Shown: piece by piece, positions 28,391 through 39,626 of the stretch | How positions within the stretch are numbered: position 1 is the stretch's first letter | Layout: every line of letters begins with the position of its first letter | NCBI GenBank assembly: GCA_002311875.1 | Contig: DCAD01000029.1 | Coordinates: 35,597 to 99,596 of the forward strand | Direction of reading: 5' to 3' | Length of the DNA stretch: 64,000 bases | DNA from: Gemmatimonadales bacterium UBA1142 | Lineage (GTDB): Bacteria; Gemmatimonadota; Gemmatimonadetes; Longimicrobiales; Gaopeijiaceae | Program-made: the position numbers and the translations under genes | Notes under the pieces: model-generated | What the model was told of the DNA's origin: nothing | Seen by the model: only the letters and a program-made list of their open reading frames with translations | Databases searched by the model: none

Positions 28391-29274
28391 AAAACGCCTG
28401 GACGCCTCGACGAGAGAAGCTACAGAAGGGGATTATCATCCTTCCCTCGGCTTTCACTCTAGGCAACCTCTTCTTCGGAATCTATTCAATCGTTGCTGTT
28501 ACTCGGGGAGACCTTATTTCCGCTGGGTGGTTCATCATCTATGCCGGAGTACTTGATACACTCGACGGGAAAATTGCCCGCTTCACCCGGACCGGATCGC
28601 ACTTCGGCGCCGAGTTAGACTCCCTGGTCGATGGGATTTCATTCGGCGTGGCACCCGCCTTCATCATGTTTGAGCTCTTCTTCGCGGATGCTCAATGGAG
28701 CTGGACTCTGTCCTTCGTCTTTGTAACCGCTGCGGTAGTCCGACTTGCACGGTTTAATCTCGAGCAGGGTGGTGAGGCCAAGAAATACTTCCACGGGCTC
28801 CCAACACCAGCTGCGGGTATGACCCTCGCATCATATTACCCGTTCAGTCAAACATCCCTCTTTGCCGAGTACTTGAGTGATTATCCGTGGGAACAGATCG
28901 CTCCCGTAGGAACAGTTATTCTCAGCATCCTCATGGTTAGTCCCGTCCCATATGCCAAGTTCCCTAAGATCGGCCTTCGCACTTCAAAGGGTATCCTTAA
29001 TTCAGTATTCGTTCTCACCTGTCTTTTAGCAGCGCTATTAGAGCCAAGATACTACTTCTTCACTGCCTTCTTGCTTTACATCATGTGGGGGCTGCTAAGA
29101 TCAGTGCTGAATGGGCTGCTCGACGGAATCCCCACCGGTGACCCACTGCTTGATGAGGACGAAGTCGATGAGCGCGCAGAGGTCAGAGCGTTCGACTATG
29201 GACATCTCGGCTCACGCGGACCCGATGACTATCAGCTATCAAATTCAGACTCTGCTCGGGAGGACCCCGCTTGA
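28387..29274 (+). CDS. pssA: CDP-diacylglycerol--serine O-phosphatidyltransferase
   Basis: Started at ATG 28387 (ATGA overlap with psd). CDP-alcohol phosphatidyltransferase motif DTLDGKIARFTRTGSHFGAELDSLVD. Multiple TM helices. Confidence 0.88.
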   Translation: MKNAWTPRREKLQKGIIILPSAFTLGNLFFGIYSIVAVTRGDLISAGWFIIYAGVLDTLDGKIARFTRTGSHFGAELDSLVDGISFGVAPAFIMFELFFADAQWSWTLSFVFVTAAVVRLARFNLEQGGEAKKYFHGLPTPAAGMTLASYYPFSQTSLFAEYLSDYPWEQIAPVGTVILSILMVSPVPYAKFPKIGLRTSKGILNSVFVLTCLLAALLEPRYYFFTAFLLYIMWGLLRSVLNGLLDGIPTGDPLLDEDEVDERAEVRAFDYGHLGSRGPDDYQLSNSDSAREDPA

Positions 29275-29285
29275 ATCACTTTCGT

Positions 29286-29543
29286 ATGGAGATCCTCGTG
29301 AAGCCCCGTCCGGGTCTTCTAGATCCAGAGGGGAAAGCTATCCATCACGCCCTTCGATCACTTGGGTGGACTGATATCCATGACGTCCGTGTTGGTAAAG
29401 CGATCTACATCGACCTGGAAGCTGAAGACAGTGTTACAGCACTTGAGACTACTGAGGCGATGTGCAGGAAAATTCTGGCAAACCCGGTGACTGAAGACTT
29501 CGAGGTGTCTGTCGTTGGAGATACTGAGAGAATCACAGCATGA
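29286..29543 (+). CDS. purS: FGAM synthase subunit PurS
   Basis: [27 protein letters not shown] is the typical PurS opening. The ORF track starts 5 codons earlier, at TTG 29271, which overlaps the pssA stop. Either start is possible. Confidence 0.88.
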   Translation: MEILVKPRPGLLDPEGKAIHHALRSLGWTDIHDVRVGKAIYIDLEAEDSVTALETTEAMCRKILANPVTEDFEVSVVGDTERITA

Positions 29544-30238
29544 GGGTCGGTGTCGTCACGTTCCCAGGTTCAAACTGTGATTACGATCTTTACAAAGCTG
29601 CACAGCAAGTTGGTGCAGACGTAGAATTCATCTGGCACCGTCAGAAGAACCTCGATGGGTATGACGTAGTGATGCTTCCGGGAGGATTCTCGTATGGTGA
29701 TTACCTGCGAGCAGGTGCAATCGCCCGGATCAGCCCTGTGATGGAGGACATTGTGGGATTCGCCGAAAACGGTGGACCGGTGCTGGGCATCTGCAACGGT
29801 TTTCAGATTCTGTGTGAAGCAGGGCTTCTACCGGGGGCGCTCATTCGGAATGTCTCACTCCGTTTTGAGAGCAGGGACGTCCATATGCTCGTTGAGCAAA
29901 CCGAAACCCCATTTACCAGCGAGTACCAGAAGGGGCAGATCCTCCGTATACCAATAGCACACGGGGAAGGAAACTACGAAGCAGATGGCCAGCTTCTAGA
30001 GCAACTCGAAGCTGAGGGGAGAATAGTCTTCAGGTACGTGAACAGGGGCGGTGAGATGACAGAAGAGGCAAACCCCAACGGCTCTAGAAATAGTATTGCC
30101 GGGCTGACTAATGAGTCAGGGAATGTTCTGGGCATGATGCCTCATCCCGAGCGCGCGATGGAAGAAGTCCTTGGGTCCGTCGACGGAATGGGTGTTTTCC
30201 TGTCGCTGGCAGCGAACCTATCAACCGTTGTGCTATAA
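29540..30238 (+). CDS. purQ: FGAM synthase glutaminase subunit PurQ
   Basis: FPGSNCD, nucleophile GICNGFQ, MPHPER. Confidence 0.94.
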   Translation: MRVGVVTFPGSNCDYDLYKAAQQVGADVEFIWHRQKNLDGYDVVMLPGGFSYGDYLRAGAIARISPVMEDIVGFAENGGPVLGICNGFQILCEAGLLPGALIRNVSLRFESRDVHMLVEQTETPFTSEYQKGQILRIPIAHGEGNYEADGQLLEQLEAEGRIVFRYVNRGGEMTEEANPNGSRNSIAGLTNESGNVLGMMPHPERAMEEVLGSVDGMGVFLSLAANLSTVVL

Positions 30239-30277
30239 AAACGAAATTCAAGTGCTGAGACGAGAGGTCTTAATTCC

Positions 30278-32581
30278 ATGAGTGCCGGTGAGAGCCCGAC
30301 CATTGTTATACCTTTCGTGTCTCCGCGCGCGGGTGACCCCGTAATCACTTCAGAGCTCGTGGCTGACCACGGTCTTTCCGACGACGAATACGAACGCATC
30401 TGTAGGATCATGGGTCGTACCCCAACGTTCACTGAGTTGGGTGTATTTAGTGCAATGTGGTCGGAGCACTGCGGCTACAAGAACTCCAAACGGCTCTTGC
30501 AGCTGCTTCCAACCCAGGCTCCGTGGGTCATTCAAGGTCCCGGAGAGAACGCCGGTGTAATAGACGTAGGAGACGGCTATGCACTGGCGTTCAAGATAGA
30601 ATCGCACAACCACCCATCGGCGGTGGAACCCTACCAGGGTGCCGCTACCGGCGTCGGAGGCATCCTGCGAGACATCTTCACTATGGGCGCCCGTCCCATC
30701 GCTGTTCTGGACTCTCTTCGCTTCGGAGATCTGGATAGTGCGCGGGTACGTTACTTATTCGGTGGAGTCGTCAGCGGCGTCGGTGACTACGGTAACTGCG
30801 TCGGCATCCCCAACATCGGTGGGGAGGTAGCCTTCGACCGAGGTTACGAAGGGAACCCAATCGTGAACGCAATGTGTCTTGGTCTGATGAAGAAAGAGGA
30901 CTTGATCACGGCCTCAGCTTCGGGTGTGGGCAATACGTTAATGGTGGTTGGTGCCCGTACCGGGCGAGACGGCATCCACGGAGCAACTTTCGCTAGCGAG
31001 GAACTCAGCGAGGAGTCCGAGGAAGCGTCGCGACCACGAGTTCAAGTGGGGGATCCATTTACGGAAAAGCTGCTTCTTGAGGCTAGTCTAGAGTTGATCT
31101 CCAGTGGAGCCATCACAGGTATCCAAGATATGGGCGCTGCGGGCATTACGTCTTCCGCATCGGAGATGGCGGGGCGAGCTGGGAATGGTGTCCAGATCGA
31201 CGTGGCCCGAGTTCCAGTGCGGGAACCTGACATGACACCATACGAGATCCTGCTCTCCGAATCCCAGGAGCGGATGCTTGTCGTGGCCACCAAGGGCCAT
31301 GAACATGAAGTCCATCGTATCCTGGAGAAATGGGAACTCGAGGCTGAGGAGATTGGAGAGGTAACCGCAGACGGACGATTCCGGGTCTTAGAGAACGATG
31401 CAGTCATCGCCGATATGCCGGCCCTTCCCCTCACCGAGGGATGCCCCACGTATGAGCGTGAGGGCATCGAAGCCGAGGAGGTGCGGCAGCTTCGAGAGAT
31501 GGATCTCACCGAACACCTTATTCCTAACGGAGATCTTACGAAGGCGTTTCTGCTTCTACTTGCATCGCCGAACGTTGCTTCAAAGCGTTGGATATACCAC
31601 CAGTATGATACAACGGTCAGGACATCGACGGCTGTCCGTCCTGGGGGGGCTTCGGGGGTAGTACGTATTCGTGGTACGAAGAGAGCCATTGCAGCTACAA
31701 CCGATTGCAATGGACGCTTCGTATATCTCAATCCCAGGCGAGGCGCGATGATTGCTGTGTCAGAAGCAGCCCGAAATCTGGTTTGCACGGGAGCGGTACC
31801 TACCGCGATCACTAACAATCTCAATTTCGGGAATCCTCTCAAGCAACACATCTACTATCAATTCCGTGAGGCGGTCCTGGGAATGGCCGACGCGTGCAAA
31901 GCCTTTGAGACACCAGTCACGGGTGGGAACGTGTCCTTCTACAACGAGACAGACGGCCGAGCAATCTATCCCACACCCGTGATCGGCATGGTGGGCATAA
32001 TCGAAGACCTATCAAACATTACACCCCAATCATTCCAGTCTAAGGGTGACGATATTGTCCTTCTCGGTGAGAACACAGCTGAAATGGGGGGAGCAGAATA
32101 TCTTTATGTGACGGCCGGACTAGTTGCTGGAGAGCCTCCGAGGGTCGACCTCGCCCGTGAACGACAACTCCAAAGAGCCGTTCTGACCATGATCCAGAAC
32201 AATGAATTAAGATCGGCGCACGACTGCTCGGAAGGCGGCCTTGCGTGCGCACTCGCTGAGTGCGCATTGGGCGATGAAGAAGCACCGTTTGGAGTTAAGG
32301 TAGAGCTTGATGACACACTTCCTCCAGTAGCGACTCTTTTCGCTGAATCTCAGGGCCGAATAGTAGTGTCATGTGCTCCAGATAGGACCGAGAACGTAAT
32401 TAAGCTCGCAATGGATCACAGCGTACCAGCTAGACGAATTGGCAAGGTCGGACGGAGGGGAGAAGCATTTCATGTAACTGCGATAGCTGGGCAGATCAAA
32501 ATCGATCTTGTGACCTTAAGTCGAGCGTATTTCGGAGCACTTCCTGCTATAATGAACACTCCAGCATCTTCGGTTGAATAA
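30278..32581 (+). CDS. purL: FGAM synthase subunit PurL (small-PurL type)
   Basis: 767 aa. [24 protein letters not shown]. Confidence 0.95.
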   Translation: MSAGESPTIVIPFVSPRAGDPVITSELVADHGLSDDEYERICRIMGRTPTFTELGVFSAMWSEHCGYKNSKRLLQLLPTQAPWVIQGPGENAGVIDVGDGYALAFKIESHNHPSAVEPYQGAATGVGGILRDIFTMGARPIAVLDSLRFGDLDSARVRYLFGGVVSGVGDYGNCVGIPNIGGEVAFDRGYEGNPIVNAMCLGLMKKEDLITASASGVGNTLMVVGARTGRDGIHGATFASEELSEESEEASRPRVQVGDPFTEKLLLEASLELISSGAITGIQDMGAAGITSSASEMAGRAGNGVQIDVARVPVREPDMTPYEILLSESQERMLVVATKGHEHEVHRILEKWELEAEEIGEVTADGRFRVLENDAVIADMPALPLTEGCPTYEREGIEAEEVRQLREMDLTEHLIPNGDLTKAFLLLLASPNVASKRWIYHQYDTTVRTSTAVRPGGASGVVRIRGTKRAIAATTDCNGRFVYLNPRRGAMIAVSEAARNLVCTGAVPTAITNNLNFGNPLKQHIYYQFREAVLGMADACKAFETPVTGGNVSFYNETDGRAIYPTPVIGMVGIIEDLSNITPQSFQSKGDDIVLLGENTAEMGGAEYLYVTAGLVAGEPPRVDLARERQLQRAVLTMIQNNELRSAHDCSEGGLACALAECALGDEEAPFGVKVELDDTLPPVATLFAESQGRIVVSCAPDRTENVIKLAMDHSVPARRIGKVGRRGEAFHVTAIAGQIKIDLVTLSRAYFGALPAIMNTPASSVE

Positions 32582-34055
32582 GGTGCGACAACCCTCTAAG
32601 CTTCTGAACCAGCTCACACCCACCTCCTCGACTGAAGTATCCCTCCGGTTGGACGACCGACCGCGAGAGGGGTGTGGGGTTGTTGGTGTGAGTGGACTGG
32701 ACTCTGCTTCAGAGAGCGCATTCCTGAGTCTGTACGCACTTCAGCACAGGGGTCAGGAAGCTGCAGGCATCTTCACCTTTGACGAGGACGGACCTCACGT
32801 CCTGAAGGGTGAGGGTCTGGTCGGCGATGTCTTCGACAAATGGTCGATCCGCAAACTCGTCGGTCGCACGGCTGTTGGACACGTTCGCTACTCGACGGCT
32901 GGTGGTAACGATCTCGACAACGTCCAGCCGATCATCGCCAGGTATTCACACGGGAACATCGCGCTTGCCCACAACGGGAACCTTACGAACCATTTCGATT
33001 TGCGGAAACGTCTCGTCGACGAGGGGGCGATCTTTCGAACCACATCAGACTCAGAGACACTTGTCCACCTGATCGCTAAATCCAGACATGATTCGATCGA
33101 TGCTCAAGTCGATGATGCCCTGACTCACCTAGAGGGCGCATACTCAATCGTCCTGGCAATCGACGACGTGATCTACGCAGCACGTGACCCACGTGGATTT
33201 CGCCCTCTCGTGCTCGGGAAAAAGGAGAAAGGGCACATCGTGGTAAGCGAGACTTGTGCTCTGGACATTTTAGGTGCTGAATTCGTGCGCGACATCGAAC
33301 CCGGTGAGGTCATTAAGATCGTGGACGGGTCGGTCCAGAAACTTCGATCCCTACCTTCGGCAGATCAACCCGCTCCTTGTATTTTTGAGCTGGTCTATTT
33401 CGCTAGGCCGGATTCCCGAATATCAGGCGTCAGTGTTGATCGCGCCCGACGCGCATTCGGGCGCCACCTCGCAAGAGAACACCCCGTCGAAGCTGATGCG
33501 GTAATCGCAGTACCGGACAGCGCCAACTCAGCAGCCTTAGGTTTCGCTGAATGCAGCGGAATTCCTTTTGAGTTGGGGATGCTTCGGAACCACTACATCG
33601 GGCGGACATTCATCAACCCGTCCCAGCAAGATCGGGATTTTGGAGCACGGATGAAGTACAACCCGGTCCGAGAGGTAGTCGAAGGAAAGAGCGTGGTGGT
33701 GGTAGACGACTCCCTGGTGCGCGGTACAACCAGTCTCAGCCTTGTGCGAATGCTCCGCCAATCTGGTGCAACTAAGGTACACTTCCGGATCGGGAGCCCC
33801 CCCGTACGGTGGCCTTGTTTCTACGGCATCGACATGCCGACTAAGCGCGAGCTGATTGGCTCCACTCTATCGGTACCGGAGATCGAGAAAAAGCTCGGTG
33901 TGGACTCGCTAGGCTATCTATCATTAGAGGGTATGTTGGAGGCGGTTGCGGAAACAGGACCGTATTGCACCGCATGCTTTTCAGGCACTTATCCAGCTCC
34001 ATTGGTGGATGTGGACAAGGGCTTTGTCTCGGAGCAAGGGCCAGCTACCTGCTGA
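32574..34055 (+). CDS. purF: Amidophosphoribosyltransferase (Fe-S cluster type)
   Basis: Ntn nucleophile CGVVGV, PRPP motif [12 protein letters not shown], cluster cysteines ([15 protein letters not shown]). Start ambiguous (TTG 32574, GTG 32583 or TTG 32649), which implies a propeptide of 8 to 33 residues. Confidence 0.93.
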   Translation: MNKVRQPSKLLNQLTPTSSTEVSLRLDDRPREGCGVVGVSGLDSASESAFLSLYALQHRGQEAAGIFTFDEDGPHVLKGEGLVGDVFDKWSIRKLVGRTAVGHVRYSTAGGNDLDNVQPIIARYSHGNIALAHNGNLTNHFDLRKRLVDEGAIFRTTSDSETLVHLIAKSRHDSIDAQVDDALTHLEGAYSIVLAIDDVIYAARDPRGFRPLVLGKKEKGHIVVSETCALDILGAEFVRDIEPGEVIKIVDGSVQKLRSLPSADQPAPCIFELVYFARPDSRISGVSVDRARRAFGRHLAREHPVEADAVIAVPDSANSAALGFAECSGIPFELGMLRNHYIGRTFINPSQQDRDFGARMKYNPVREVVEGKSVVVVDDSLVRGTTSLSLVRMLRQSGATKVHFRIGSPPVRWPCFYGIDMPTKRELIGSTLSVPEIEKKLGVDSLGYLSLEGMLEAVAETGPYCTACFSGTYPAPLVDVDKGFVSEQGPATC

Positions 34056-34104
34056 GTCTTTCCACAAACTCGGTTCTAGTACTCTCCAGCGCAGATGATT
34101 GGAC

Positions 34105-35112
34105 TCAAGTTGCTGAATCTTCTTCTGCCAAGAAATCTTCTGCTAGATCGACGAACTCTCTGTTACCCACGTACAAGGGTATCCGTTGATGCAGTGAGTG
34201 AGGGATAATCTCTAAGACATCTCTAGCTCCGGTGCTTGCACGACCACCTGCCTGCTCTGCAAGCATAGCAATCGGGGCGCACTCGTAGAGGAGGCGCAAC
34301 TTACCTTCCGGGGCGCCCTGCCCTGCCGGATACATGAAGATGCCCCCTTGGAGTAATGTCCTGTGGAAATCCGCGACAAGCGACCCGATATATCGTGAAC
34401 TGAAGTCACCTTCATTCTTCAGGTAATCGACGAGGAGTTGCTGGCCAGTTTCCCAGCCAGGGTAGTGAGCTTCGTTTATAGAGTAGACGCGGCGTGAGGG
34501 ATCAGGAAAACGCATGTTTTTGTGGCTCAAAACAAACTCCCCGATCGACGGGTCGAGAGTGAAGCCATGTACTCCTGCGCCTGTGGTATAGACCAGCATG
34601 GTGGACGATCCGTAGAGCACATAGCCCGCTGCAACCTGATGCTTACCAGCCTGAAGACAGTCCTTAAGCTCACCACGATCCGAATCTGAGATCTTAGAAT
34701 GAATACTGAAGATTGTTCCGATTGATACGTTCACGTCGATATTCGACGAACCGTCCAGTGGATCGTAGATGACAACGTAGTCCCCACTGGGAAAGTTCTC
34801 TGGAACCGGCAAAAAGAACTCGTTCTCCTCAGAAGCCATACATGTGATCAAGCCCGTGTGATCTAGGGCCTTTTGCATCACATCGTCGGCAAAGAGGTCA
34901 AGCTTCTGGATCCGCTCCCCGTGGAAGTTTTCTTGCTCCGTCTCCCCCAGGATTTCAGCCAGTCCCGCCCGGTTGACCTGATAAGAGATTACCTTAGCAG
35001 CCAACGCAATGTTGCTTAGCAAACTCGTGAAAGTACCAGTCGTCGTCTCAGCTATCTTGCGCTCCTGCTCGATGAGAAAACGGGAGATGGTGACGACGTG
35101 GTTTTCAGGCAT
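34105..35112 (-). CDS. fbp: Fructose-1,6-bisphosphatase class I
   Basis: YDPLDGSSNIDVNVSIGTIFS, GYVLYGSSTMLV, YECAPIAMLAEQAGG. Confidence 0.94.
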   Translation of the reverse strand: MPENHVVTISRFLIEQERKIAETTTGTFTSLLSNIALAAKVISYQVNRAGLAEILGETEQENFHGERIQKLDLFADDVMQKALDHTGLITCMASEENEFFLPVPENFPSGDYVVIYDPLDGSSNIDVNVSIGTIFSIHSKISDSDRGELKDCLQAGKHQVAAGYVLYGSSTMLVYTTGAGVHGFTLDPSIGEFVLSHKNMRFPDPSRRVYSINEAHYPGWETGQQLLVDYLKNEGDFSSRYIGSLVADFHRTLLQGGIFMYPAGQGAPEGKLRLLYECAPIAMLAEQAGGRASTGARDVLEIIPHSLHQRIPLYVGNREFVDLAEDFLAEEDSAT

Positions 35113-35401
35113 GAACCGGGAAGCAGAGATATGACAGGCGGGCGGTCCGGAGGATAGAAAAGAGGTCTAGATAGGTCAACATTGAGAACACGCTATGCTC
35201 AAGATTGTGCTCAACCAACCCACTAAACCAACTCAAAACATGGCTTCTACTTATCCTATAACGGGGCGTTTCCAGTATTGCGTGTGATTCAGGAAAAACG
35301 AGTTCTGGATGTATTGGAAAAACCCGAGAAAGACAGGATCATCTTGTTGACCGGTGGCGTGGTAACATGCATTGCCGCCCATCATCCTGTCCCACTAATC
35401 C

Positions 35402-35716
35402 TCAGCTCTCTTCCTCATCCTCTCTAAACAAATCATGCTGTGTTTGATCGATTAAGCGGCTCTTCTCCTCGATATCCTCTTCTGTGAGTCGGTCTCGGAG
35501 GATCCGTCTAACCTTTAGGTCCGAATGGATACTAGAGACAAGCATGATGACCATACCAGCCAATAAGCCGCCGAAGGCTACAGCAGTGATCGGAACATCG
35601 TACAGCGTTATTAAGCCGAGCTTCAATGTTACCGTCTCTGAGCCGTTAAGCGACCCTAGTCCAAATGCTAATCCTACGACCAAAAGGATACCTAAGACAC
35701 GGACAATTCGGCTCAC
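35402..35716 (-). CDS. LapA/DUF1049-like small inner-membrane protein
   Basis: I start it at GTG 35716, which overlaps the miaB stop as GTGA. The ORF-track ATG at 35803 would overlap miaB by 91 nt. Two TM helices followed by a charged tail (LTEEDIEEKSRLIDQ). Confidence 0.5.
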   Translation of the reverse strand: MSRIVRVLGILLVVGLAFGLGSLNGSETVTLKLGLITLYDVPITAVAFGGLLAGMVIMLVSSIHSDLKVRRILRDRLTEEDIEEKSRLIDQTQHDLFREDEEES

Positions 35717-37095
35717 GTCCCGCCCACCAGTTCGGGTTGGCCAATCTCCCTTCCAGCAAACGTCGCGCCGGTCGTGGTTTCCAACATGACCTGGGTATAG
35801 CATCCAATCCGTACGGAATCACCATTGAAGGCCACCACCTTGTTCCTACGAGTCCGACCTAAGATCTGGCCGGGATTCCGTGCGACACGCTCTATGAGGA
35901 CCTCATCAGTGCGTCCGACCTCCCCGGCGTTAACCTCAGCCCGGATACCACGACTCACTCCGATCAACTCCTCCAGACGCGCCTGAGCCTCACGCGGAGG
36001 AACGAACTGATCAGCAGGCAGGCGTGTCGCGGGAGTCCCCTCTCTAGCCGAGTACTTGTACGTGAACGCCTCGTCAAAGCGGACCGTCTTCATCAACTCT
36101 AGAGTATCGCGAAACTCGTCGTCAGTCTCACCAGGGAAAGCCACGATGATATCAGTAGAGAGTGCGATTTCAGGAATCTCTGCTCTCACCATCTCAACTT
36201 TCTCTAAGAGTATCTCTACCGTGTATCTCCGGAGCATGCGCTTCAGCGTCCGGTTGTTACCCGATTGTGCCGGGAGATGTAGGTGCTCACAAACCGCTGG
36301 TTCGGTCGCCATCACCTCCACAAGCTCTGGTGTGACATCGTTTGGATGTGGTGAAGTGAATCGCACACGCCGAATTCCCTCGACTTGGGCGATTTCTGAT
36401 AGCAGGTTGGGAAAGCTAAGGTCCGCAAATGTGTAAGAATTTACGGTCTGCCCTAACAGGGTAACCTCGGTAACCCCCCTCGTTACCAAATCGCGAACTT
36501 CATTCAGAATCTCTAATGGATCTCGGTTCTTCTCCGGACCTCGCACATAAGGAACGATGCAGAACGTGCAGCGGTGGTTACACCCACGTTGGATCGGAAT
36601 CCACGCCGTGGGTCCTTCGGTGCGTCTTTGCTCCAGACCCTGATAGTTCTCACCTAGGCTGAGGTCGAGGATAGCAAGCTGAGGACCACGAACACTTGAA
36701 CGGCTTTCCCTATTGGTGCGGTACTCCTCGAGGTTCTCGAGTGCATCCGGTAGGCCACGATAACCGTCCGGACCCATCACCAAGTCCACGTACGGTGCCC
36801 GCTCAAAAAGAGTCTCTCCCATCCTTTGGGCCATGCATCCTGTGACACCGATCACTAGCTCGGGACGCTCACGTTTGAGCCCGTTAAGCTGGGCTACACG
36901 GCCGAGCACACGGTTCTCTGCATGTTCACGGATAGCGCATGTGTTCACTAAGACTACGTCAGCGTTCTCGGGTCCTTCGACAATCTCGAATCCACTATTG
37001 GTGAGAATACCCTCCATAAGCTCACCGTCGCTGATGTTCATCTGGCACCCGTACGTCTCGACGTACGCACGTTTTGAGCGAGTACTCTTGGTCAT
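35713..37095 (-). CDS. miaB: tRNA-i6A37 methylthiotransferase MiaB
   Basis: UPF0004 domain (ETYGCQMN), radical-SAM CNHRCTFCIVP, C-terminal TRAM domain. Confidence 0.9.
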   Translation of the reverse strand: MTKSTRSKRAYVETYGCQMNISDGELMEGILTNSGFEIVEGPENADVVLVNTCAIREHAENRVLGRVAQLNGLKRERPELVIGVTGCMAQRMGETLFERAPYVDLVMGPDGYRGLPDALENLEEYRTNRESRSSVRGPQLAILDLSLGENYQGLEQRRTEGPTAWIPIQRGCNHRCTFCIVPYVRGPEKNRDPLEILNEVRDLVTRGVTEVTLLGQTVNSYTFADLSFPNLLSEIAQVEGIRRVRFTSPHPNDVTPELVEVMATEPAVCEHLHLPAQSGNNRTLKRMLRRYTVEILLEKVEMVRAEIPEIALSTDIIVAFPGETDDEFRDTLELMKTVRFDEAFTYKYSAREGTPATRLPADQFVPPREAQARLEELIGVSRGIRAEVNAGEVGRTDEVLIERVARNPGQILGRTRRNKVVAFNGDSVRIGCYTQVMLETTTGATFAGREIGQPELVGGT

Positions 37096-38408
37096 ACTAA
37101 AATGGCAGCAGGCTTTTGAGGAAACTCAATGTACAAATGCTCCCGGTCACCCTGCAGAGTGCCTCTATAGCGAGGCTCCGGCAAACCATTACTCTCTGCG
37201 CCTAGACCGACGAGGCCTACCCGCAGGTAATCTCCGGTAAGGGCAGTTCCACTGGTGCCTTCCACAACGATATCCGCATTCTCACCAACACGAGATTCCC
37301 GATACTCAAGCCCTTTATCGTTTGCCATTTCCCGAAGTTCCCGACTCCGTTCCCCTGCGATCCGCTGCGGGACTGGGCTGGGGAGTCCGGCCGCCACCGT
37401 TCCATCTCGAGGAGAGAAAGGAAACACGTGCAGATACGTGAACGGCAGCTCCCTAATCAGGTCACTGGTTGCTGCATGGTCTGTCGGTGTCTCACCCGGA
37501 AATCCCGTGATCACATCAGCGCCGAGTCCAAGTGGCCAGATCCGGTCGGCAATTTCAAGCACACGTAGCCGGTATTGTTCACTCGTATGCCAGCGACGCA
37601 TCAGCCTAAGAACTGGATCAGCTCCACTCTGGAGTGGCATGTGTAGGTGGGGAGCAAGTTGTCCACCTGAGGTCACCAACAATTCGATGGTCAGATTGTC
37701 AATCTCTGTAGCCTCAATGCTACCCAGCCGAAAACGAACATCCGGGATTTTATCTAGTAGCTCCGCCACAAGTCTGGATAACGTCCACTGTGGCTCAAGG
37801 TCCTTTCCATAGTGTCCGATATGGATGCCAGTGATTACAAGTTCGGCGTGCACTTCAGCCAAGAGTTTCGCTTCTGCAAGCACCTCACTGGGGTGACGCG
37901 AACGCGAGTACCCTCGGGCAAGCCTCGTAGCGCAGAAGGCGCACTTACGGTCACACCCATCCTGGACCTTGAGCCAACCACGAGCTGCGCCTCGGCGCGC
38001 CCGAAGCAGTTCCCCTCCTATCGGTTCGCTGTCGATGCGATCCAGCGACGATCGGAGTTCAATCTGTATAGGAGCGCTCGATGTTACTAACGATGCAACC
38101 GTTACCGGATCATGCCCTTCCACTACTCCTAATACGCCGTCCATCGAACGGTAGTCGTCAGCATTGAGAGCAGCAGAGCAACCCGCCACAACGATCTGCG
38201 CAGACGGTGCTTCACGATGCAAGCGTCTAATGAAACGGCGTGCCTCCGCATCCGCCCGATTAGTCACCGTGCATGTATTTACAACGAAAACGTCGGCTCC
38301 AGAACGTTGGGTGGTCGTCTCGGCTCCCCAAGCCTCAAGCTCCTGACGCATCCGCTCGGTGTCATACTGGTTTGCTTTGCAACCAAATGTGTGAAAGAGA
38401 ACGCGCAC
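37092..38408 (-). CDS. mtaB: MiaB-like methylthiotransferase, probably MtaB (t6A37 tRNA)
   Basis: FGCKANQYD, radical-SAM CDRKCAFCAT, TRAM-like C-terminus. Second paralogue, directly upstream of miaB with an ATGA overlap. Confidence 0.75.
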   Translation of the reverse strand: MRVLFHTFGCKANQYDTERMRQELEAWGAETTTQRSGADVFVVNTCTVTNRADAEARRFIRRLHREAPSAQIVVAGCSAALNADDYRSMDGVLGVVEGHDPVTVASLVTSSAPIQIELRSSLDRIDSEPIGGELLRARRGAARGWLKVQDGCDRKCAFCATRLARGYSRSRHPSEVLAEAKLLAEVHAELVITGIHIGHYGKDLEPQWTLSRLVAELLDKIPDVRFRLGSIEATEIDNLTIELLVTSGGQLAPHLHMPLQSGADPVLRLMRRWHTSEQYRLRVLEIADRIWPLGLGADVITGFPGETPTDHAATSDLIRELPFTYLHVFPFSPRDGTVAAGLPSPVPQRIAGERSRELREMANDKGLEYRESRVGENADIVVEGTSGTALTGDYLRVGLVGLGAESNGLPEPRYRGTLQGDREHLYIEFPQKPAAILV

Positions 38409-38450
38409 TGTGAGTGTCGCCTCGTTGAAATTCCTTGGGCCGCTACTGAG

Positions 38451-39626
38451 CTAGTATCCGGAAACCCGGAGCGATATCGTCGCTCGCCAAAACTCTTCTC
38501 TCAGGACAGAATCAGATCGTCGGCCCCGCTCAATAGCGAGATCTGCACCGCCTAATACGATATCCTCAACCTCGCTGAAAGAAAGCCCCAGCCCAGCAGA
38601 TAAGATTCGTTCTGTCGCGACACTACTCCCGAGGGAGAACGGAAGCTTGCCAGTTCGGTATCCGAACCGAATAGGTACTGCTAGGCCGAAAAGGCTCGCA
38701 CGCGAGAGCTCGACGCCAACCCCGATATTACTTGTGCTCCCCACCGTAGTTGGAGTATCAAGATCCCCCTCAATGTCCGCCCAATCCGCCTGCACCGCGC
38801 TAGCAGTGATCATGAGTCCAGGTGCCAGGACAATGCTGGTGCCAAGACGATACTGCATTGGCATGGAAAAGCTCCGGTCCATTCCCTGGTTTTCATCAGA
38901 CGCCGTCGCGTTCAAGTCACCCGACCAAGTGACACTGGCTGCCACTCGAGCAACCCCACCGAGATTCACAGCCATCCCACCAGTGAGAGAAGTTCCGGAA
39001 TACGTCCAACGACTACTCGTCTGGTATGACTCTAGAATTTCAGGCAATGATACCGTGCCGAAGTCCCGCTCAAGTCGGCGGAGCACTGAACCTGTATAGC
39101 GACCAAAATTGAAGCCGAGAGCAGCACTGGTTCCTAGAGGTCTGGAGTATCCAAGATTAAGGCTCCCGATCGATCCATCCTGTTCAAAGAAATCTGTGAC
39201 TTCACTCTCCTCGCCCCTAAGGTGTAACTGTGACGATCTCTGACTCTTGTAGTGCTGATCCAGGAATGAGCTGAGGCTCACTGTGAACATCCCAGAGAAG
39301 GCCGGATAACCGACTCCCAGCAATGGAAAACGGTTCCCTTGGATACTTCCTGAGTTTCCCGATTCGTGGTCATAGTCTACCCACGACGGCTGACCCACGA
39401 TGACCGCCGTCGGCGCAATGAACATTCCCGCCGCCGCGGGATCACCAGGTAGCAAACCACTTCCCCAAAGTCCGATCCCCAAGTTCCCGAGCGCTCGAGC
39501 ACGACCGTCGATTGCCTCGACCGGAAGCCCCATGCCCGCCGCGTTGAACAGAGACTGAGCACTGGAGGGAGTAGTGACCAAAGAGATGACAAGCGCAAGG
39601 ACTAAACTCTGCACGAACTGCTTCAT
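38451..39626 (-). CDS. Predicted outer-membrane beta-barrel protein, family unknown (possibly FadL/PorV/PorQ-like)
   Basis: Signal peptide ending SSAQS. Alternating-hydrophobicity strands throughout. C-terminal LRVSGY with a terminal aromatic residue. By recollection only, the N-proximal GRARALGNLGIGL resembles the GARALGMGGA motif of PorV/PorQ/UPF0164-type barrels. Confidence 0.6.
   Translation of the reverse strand: MKQFVQSLVLALVISLVTTPSSAQSLFNAAGMGLPVEAIDGRARALGNLGIGLWGSGLLPGDPAAAGMFIAPTAVIVGQPSWVDYDHESGNSGSIQGNRFPLLGVGYPAFSGMFTVSLSSFLDQHYKSQRSSQLHLRGEESEVTDFFEQDGSIGSLNLGYSRPLGTSAALGFNFGRYTGSVLRRLERDFGTVSLPEILESYQTSSRWTYSGTSLTGGMAVNLGGVARVAASVTWSGDLNATASDENQGMDRSFSMPMQYRLGTSIVLAPGLMITASAVQADWADIEGDLDTPTTVGSTSNIGVGVELSRASLFGLAVPIRFGYRTGKLPFSLGSSVATERILSAGLGLSFSEVEDIVLGGADLAIERGRRSDSVLREEFWRATISLRVSGY

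Noticed and set aside
31042-31851. 269-aa minus-strand ORF inside purL
   Set aside because: It lies entirely antisense within a well-supported purL coding region. Arg/Ser/Pro-rich composition is typical of antisense frames in GC-rich genes. No motifs.
35251-35382. 43-codon minus-strand ORF (MGGNACYHATGQQDD...) in the 289-bp fbp upstream gap
   Set aside because: No properly spaced Shine-Dalgarno sequence, no hydrophobic or other recognisable character, and the region is AT-richer like a promoter region. It cannot be distinguished from chance.
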